Assembly (NCBI GenBank): GCA_963752975.1
Contig: CAVWAG010000004.1
Location: forward strand, 87,660-151,659
Reading direction: 5' to 3'
DNA from: an uncultured Chloroflexia bacterium
Lineage (GTDB): Bacteria; Chloroflexota; Dehalococcoidia; GIF9; UBA5629
DNA: 64,000 nt
Below are positions 62,315-64,000 of the stretch, piece after piece. Numbering within the stretch: position 1 is the first letter of the stretch; each line of letters begins with the position of its first letter. The notes under the pieces were generated by a model, which saw only the letters and a list, made by a program, of their open reading frames with translations, was not told where the DNA came from and searched no databases. Made by a program: the position numbers and the translations under genes.

Positions 62315-63115
62315 ATGTCTATAATAACTGCAATTATAGCCTGTGTTGCTGTGCTCGTACTTGCCGTGCCATTCTCAATGGTGGGTCAGGGTGGAGGGTC
62401 AACTTATGTGCCTATCTTGCTAATGACAGGCATGGGAATGCATGAGTCTTCCACCACTAGCCTATTCATGATCATGCTGGCGAGCATAGCATCGACCCTG
62501 GTTTTTGGCCGCAAGAAGACAGTAGACTGGAAACTATTATTTGCCATTGTTCCCTTCGCCATTGTCGGTTCTTTCGCCGGCGGCTATGTCGCTCAATGGG
62601 TCAGCTCCATAGCACTGAAAATTATCTTTATCGCGGTGCTTGGAGTTGCTGCATTCTTCATGCTTCGCCCGGCTACGGAGGGCAAGCGTCCGGACTTTAT
62701 GCCGGCCTGGTATTGCTGGGACAGGACCTGCGGGGAACATCAATACCAAATAGCAATGGGGGTTCTTATCCCGGCAACCACCCTGGTCGGATTTATTTCA
62801 GGGCTGATAGGGGTTGGTGGGGGTTTATTTCTTCTGCCAATGCTGATGCTGTTATTCGGCTGTCCGACGCGCGTCGCTATAGGCATTTCCTCTACATACG
62901 TTGGCATCACTGCGCTGCCTGGCTTTCTCGGGCATTTGATGGGTGGCGACCCTTTTAACGTATGGATAGCCTTGCCCTTATCGGCAGCAGCGTTTATCGG
63001 AGCAAGCCTGGGTCCGATTATATCACTCAGGACCGGAGTGCCAAGGCTACGAATAATACTGGCCGTAGTGCTTGTTGCCCTTGCGGCCTGGATGATCCTT
63101 AAATTATTTATTTAA
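62315..63115 (+). CDS. TauE/SafE family sulfite-exporter-like membrane protein
   Basis: 266 aa with about 8 TM segments and a duplicated G-G-G motif (MVGQGGGSTYVP; LIGVGGGLFLLP). Confidence 0.75.
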   Translation: MSIITAIIACVAVLVLAVPFSMVGQGGGSTYVPILLMTGMGMHESSTTSLFMIMLASIASTLVFGRKKTVDWKLLFAIVPFAIVGSFAGGYVAQWVSSIALKIIFIAVLGVAAFFMLRPATEGKRPDFMPAWYCWDRTCGEHQYQIAMGVLIPATTLVGFISGLIGVGGGLFLLPMLMLLFGCPTRVAIGISSTYVGITALPGFLGHLMGGDPFNVWIALPLSAAAFIGASLGPIISLRTGVPRLRIILAVVLVALAAWMILKLFI

Positions 63116-63175
63116 TAGGATGAGGAATGTTTTAGTTTATCTGAAGGTGAATGACTGTTGTTGTTTAATTGAAGT

Positions 63176-63868
63176 TTGGTTATTAATCTGAAGAAGTACA
63201 TTATTGCACCAGTAATCGCCTTATTAATTACATCCTGCACCGGTCCCACCTTTACGACTTTGAAACCGAACAGTAATCCTACAATTGAAACCATATCATA
63301 TGCCAAGGATAGTATGGCTGTAGCGGATAACGAGATAGTGTGCTATGCGAGTGATCCAGATGGCGACAATTTGATATATGCATGGTCTGCGGACGGTGGG
63401 CAAATAACGCCAACAGGTCCAAATGCGCTTTGGATTTCGCCTGGCGTTATGGGAAATTACATGGTTTCTGTAACAGTTAAAGATGGAAAAGGTGGGGAGA
63501 GCGATCGAGACTGTAACATACGTGTGCTGAATAATGCGGATGGGACTACAGCGATGCCGATCATTCTGAAGATGCGCATGCCTTCCGAAGATATTGTCTC
63601 GGAGAATACAACAGTCAAGGTCGGGACAATGACGAAAGTAAGTTGTGCGATAGAAAATTCGGCAGGTAAGAAAATCAGCTATTCATGGGCGGCAACAGGG
63701 GGCAAAATAAAAGGCAAAGGACTGGAGGATGGAACGTGCACATTTGTGTACTGGACGGCCCCGCCCGAGGTCAGGATATATGACTTGTCGATTACTGCCA
63801 GGGACGCCGACGGCAATGAGGCACAGGGCAAGGTATCCTTCGATATTTTCTGTTGCCCCAGAAATTGA
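63176..63868 (+). CDS. putative lipoprotein with two Ig/PKD-like repeats
   Basis: Lipobox ITSC. Repeated D.DGD.L.Y.W.A.GG.I motifs. TTG start, uncertain. Confidence 0.5.
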   Translation: MVINLKKYIIAPVIALLITSCTGPTFTTLKPNSNPTIETISYAKDSMAVADNEIVCYASDPDGDNLIYAWSADGGQITPTGPNALWISPGVMGNYMVSVTVKDGKGGESDRDCNIRVLNNADGTTAMPIILKMRMPSEDIVSENTTVKVGTMTKVSCAIENSAGKKISYSWAATGGKIKGKGLEDGTCTFVYWTAPPEVRIYDLSITARDADGNEAQGKVSFDIFCCPRN

Positions 63869-63889
63869 CAGATTAGAGAGTTATGATAA

Positions 63890-64000
63890 ATGATCAAGAA
63901 ATTTGTAGGGGTAATCATCTGCCTTATTTTTCTGCCCGTGGCCGCATTAAACCTGTCGGGATGCGCAGAAATTCAAGGCAAAGGGGAAATCATCAAGGAT
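63890..64000 (+). CDS. putative lipoprotein, N-terminal fragment (runs off the window)
   Basis: MIKKFVGVIICLIFLPVAALNLSGCAEIQGK... has a signal peptide plus lipobox LSGC and is open to the window end. Not in the supplied track. Confidence 0.5.
   Translation, partial: MIKKFVGVIICLIFLPVAALNLSGCAEIQGKGEIIKD

Overview
This is a bacterial chromosomal window of 64 kb, GC-rich by eye (not computed), with about 60 protein-coding genes. I saw no rRNA, tRNA or CRISPR array. The gene content points to an uncultured anaerobe, possibly Chloroflexota/Dehalococcoidia-like; that is inference only, based on many acyl-CoA ligases, QueG/RdhA-like Fe-S proteins, a benzoyl-CoA-reductase-like cluster, a DhlA-like dehalogenase and GTCATTGCGAG-type palindromic repeats.

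Layout:
- 1-2.3 kb: two housekeeping-type genes and a 1.4-kb AT-rich islet bounded by 23-bp direct repeats. The islet carries a DUF3800 gene and an orphan promoter/terminator unit.
- 2.3-10.2 kb: a minus-strand TetR-headed operon (acyl-CoA ligase, two saccharopine-dehydrogenase-like genes, D-aminoacylase-like amidohydrolase, MFS).
- 10.4-19.4 kb: acyl-CoA ligases, a phosphotriesterase-related gene bracketed by palindromic repeat arrays, one IS element inserted into such a repeat, a lipoprotein, an M20 peptidase and a DUF3795 gene.
- 19.6-39 kb: about 19 kb of genes all on the minus strand. An MBL-fold hydrolase gene is followed by an 18-kb array of three ~670-aa alkaline-phosphatase-superfamily paralogues, two MFS paralogues, an MBL-type alkyl sulfatase, two QueG/RdhA-like Fe-S proteins, DUF169, TetR, OsmC, SCP2, an acyl-CoA ligase and an SDR.
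- 39-47 kb: an Fe-S protein, a DhlA-like haloalkane dehalogenase divergent from a TetR gene, and a second QueG-like/PNPOx/CCG/DUF169 set.
- 47-54.6 kb: a 4xPAS-GGDEF protein and a four-gene benzoyl-CoA-reductase/2-hydroxyacyl-CoA-dehydratase-like cluster with two different ATPase subunits.
- 54.8-63.1 kb: a composite arsenic/organoarsenical island (arsR, arsP, arsR remnant, acr3, three ArsF-like lipoproteins, ArsG/CcdA-like protein, thioredoxins, DGC protein, FmdE-like, TauE).

Nine genes are interrupted by single frameshifts, several at homopolymer runs. Sequencing indels are at least as likely as real pseudogenes.

The best candidates for something new are the AP-superfamily/MFS/QueG-like/DUF169 supercluster with its recurring TetR-QueG-like-DUF169 module, the BCR-like cluster, and the extracytoplasmic thiol-relay-like part of the ars island.
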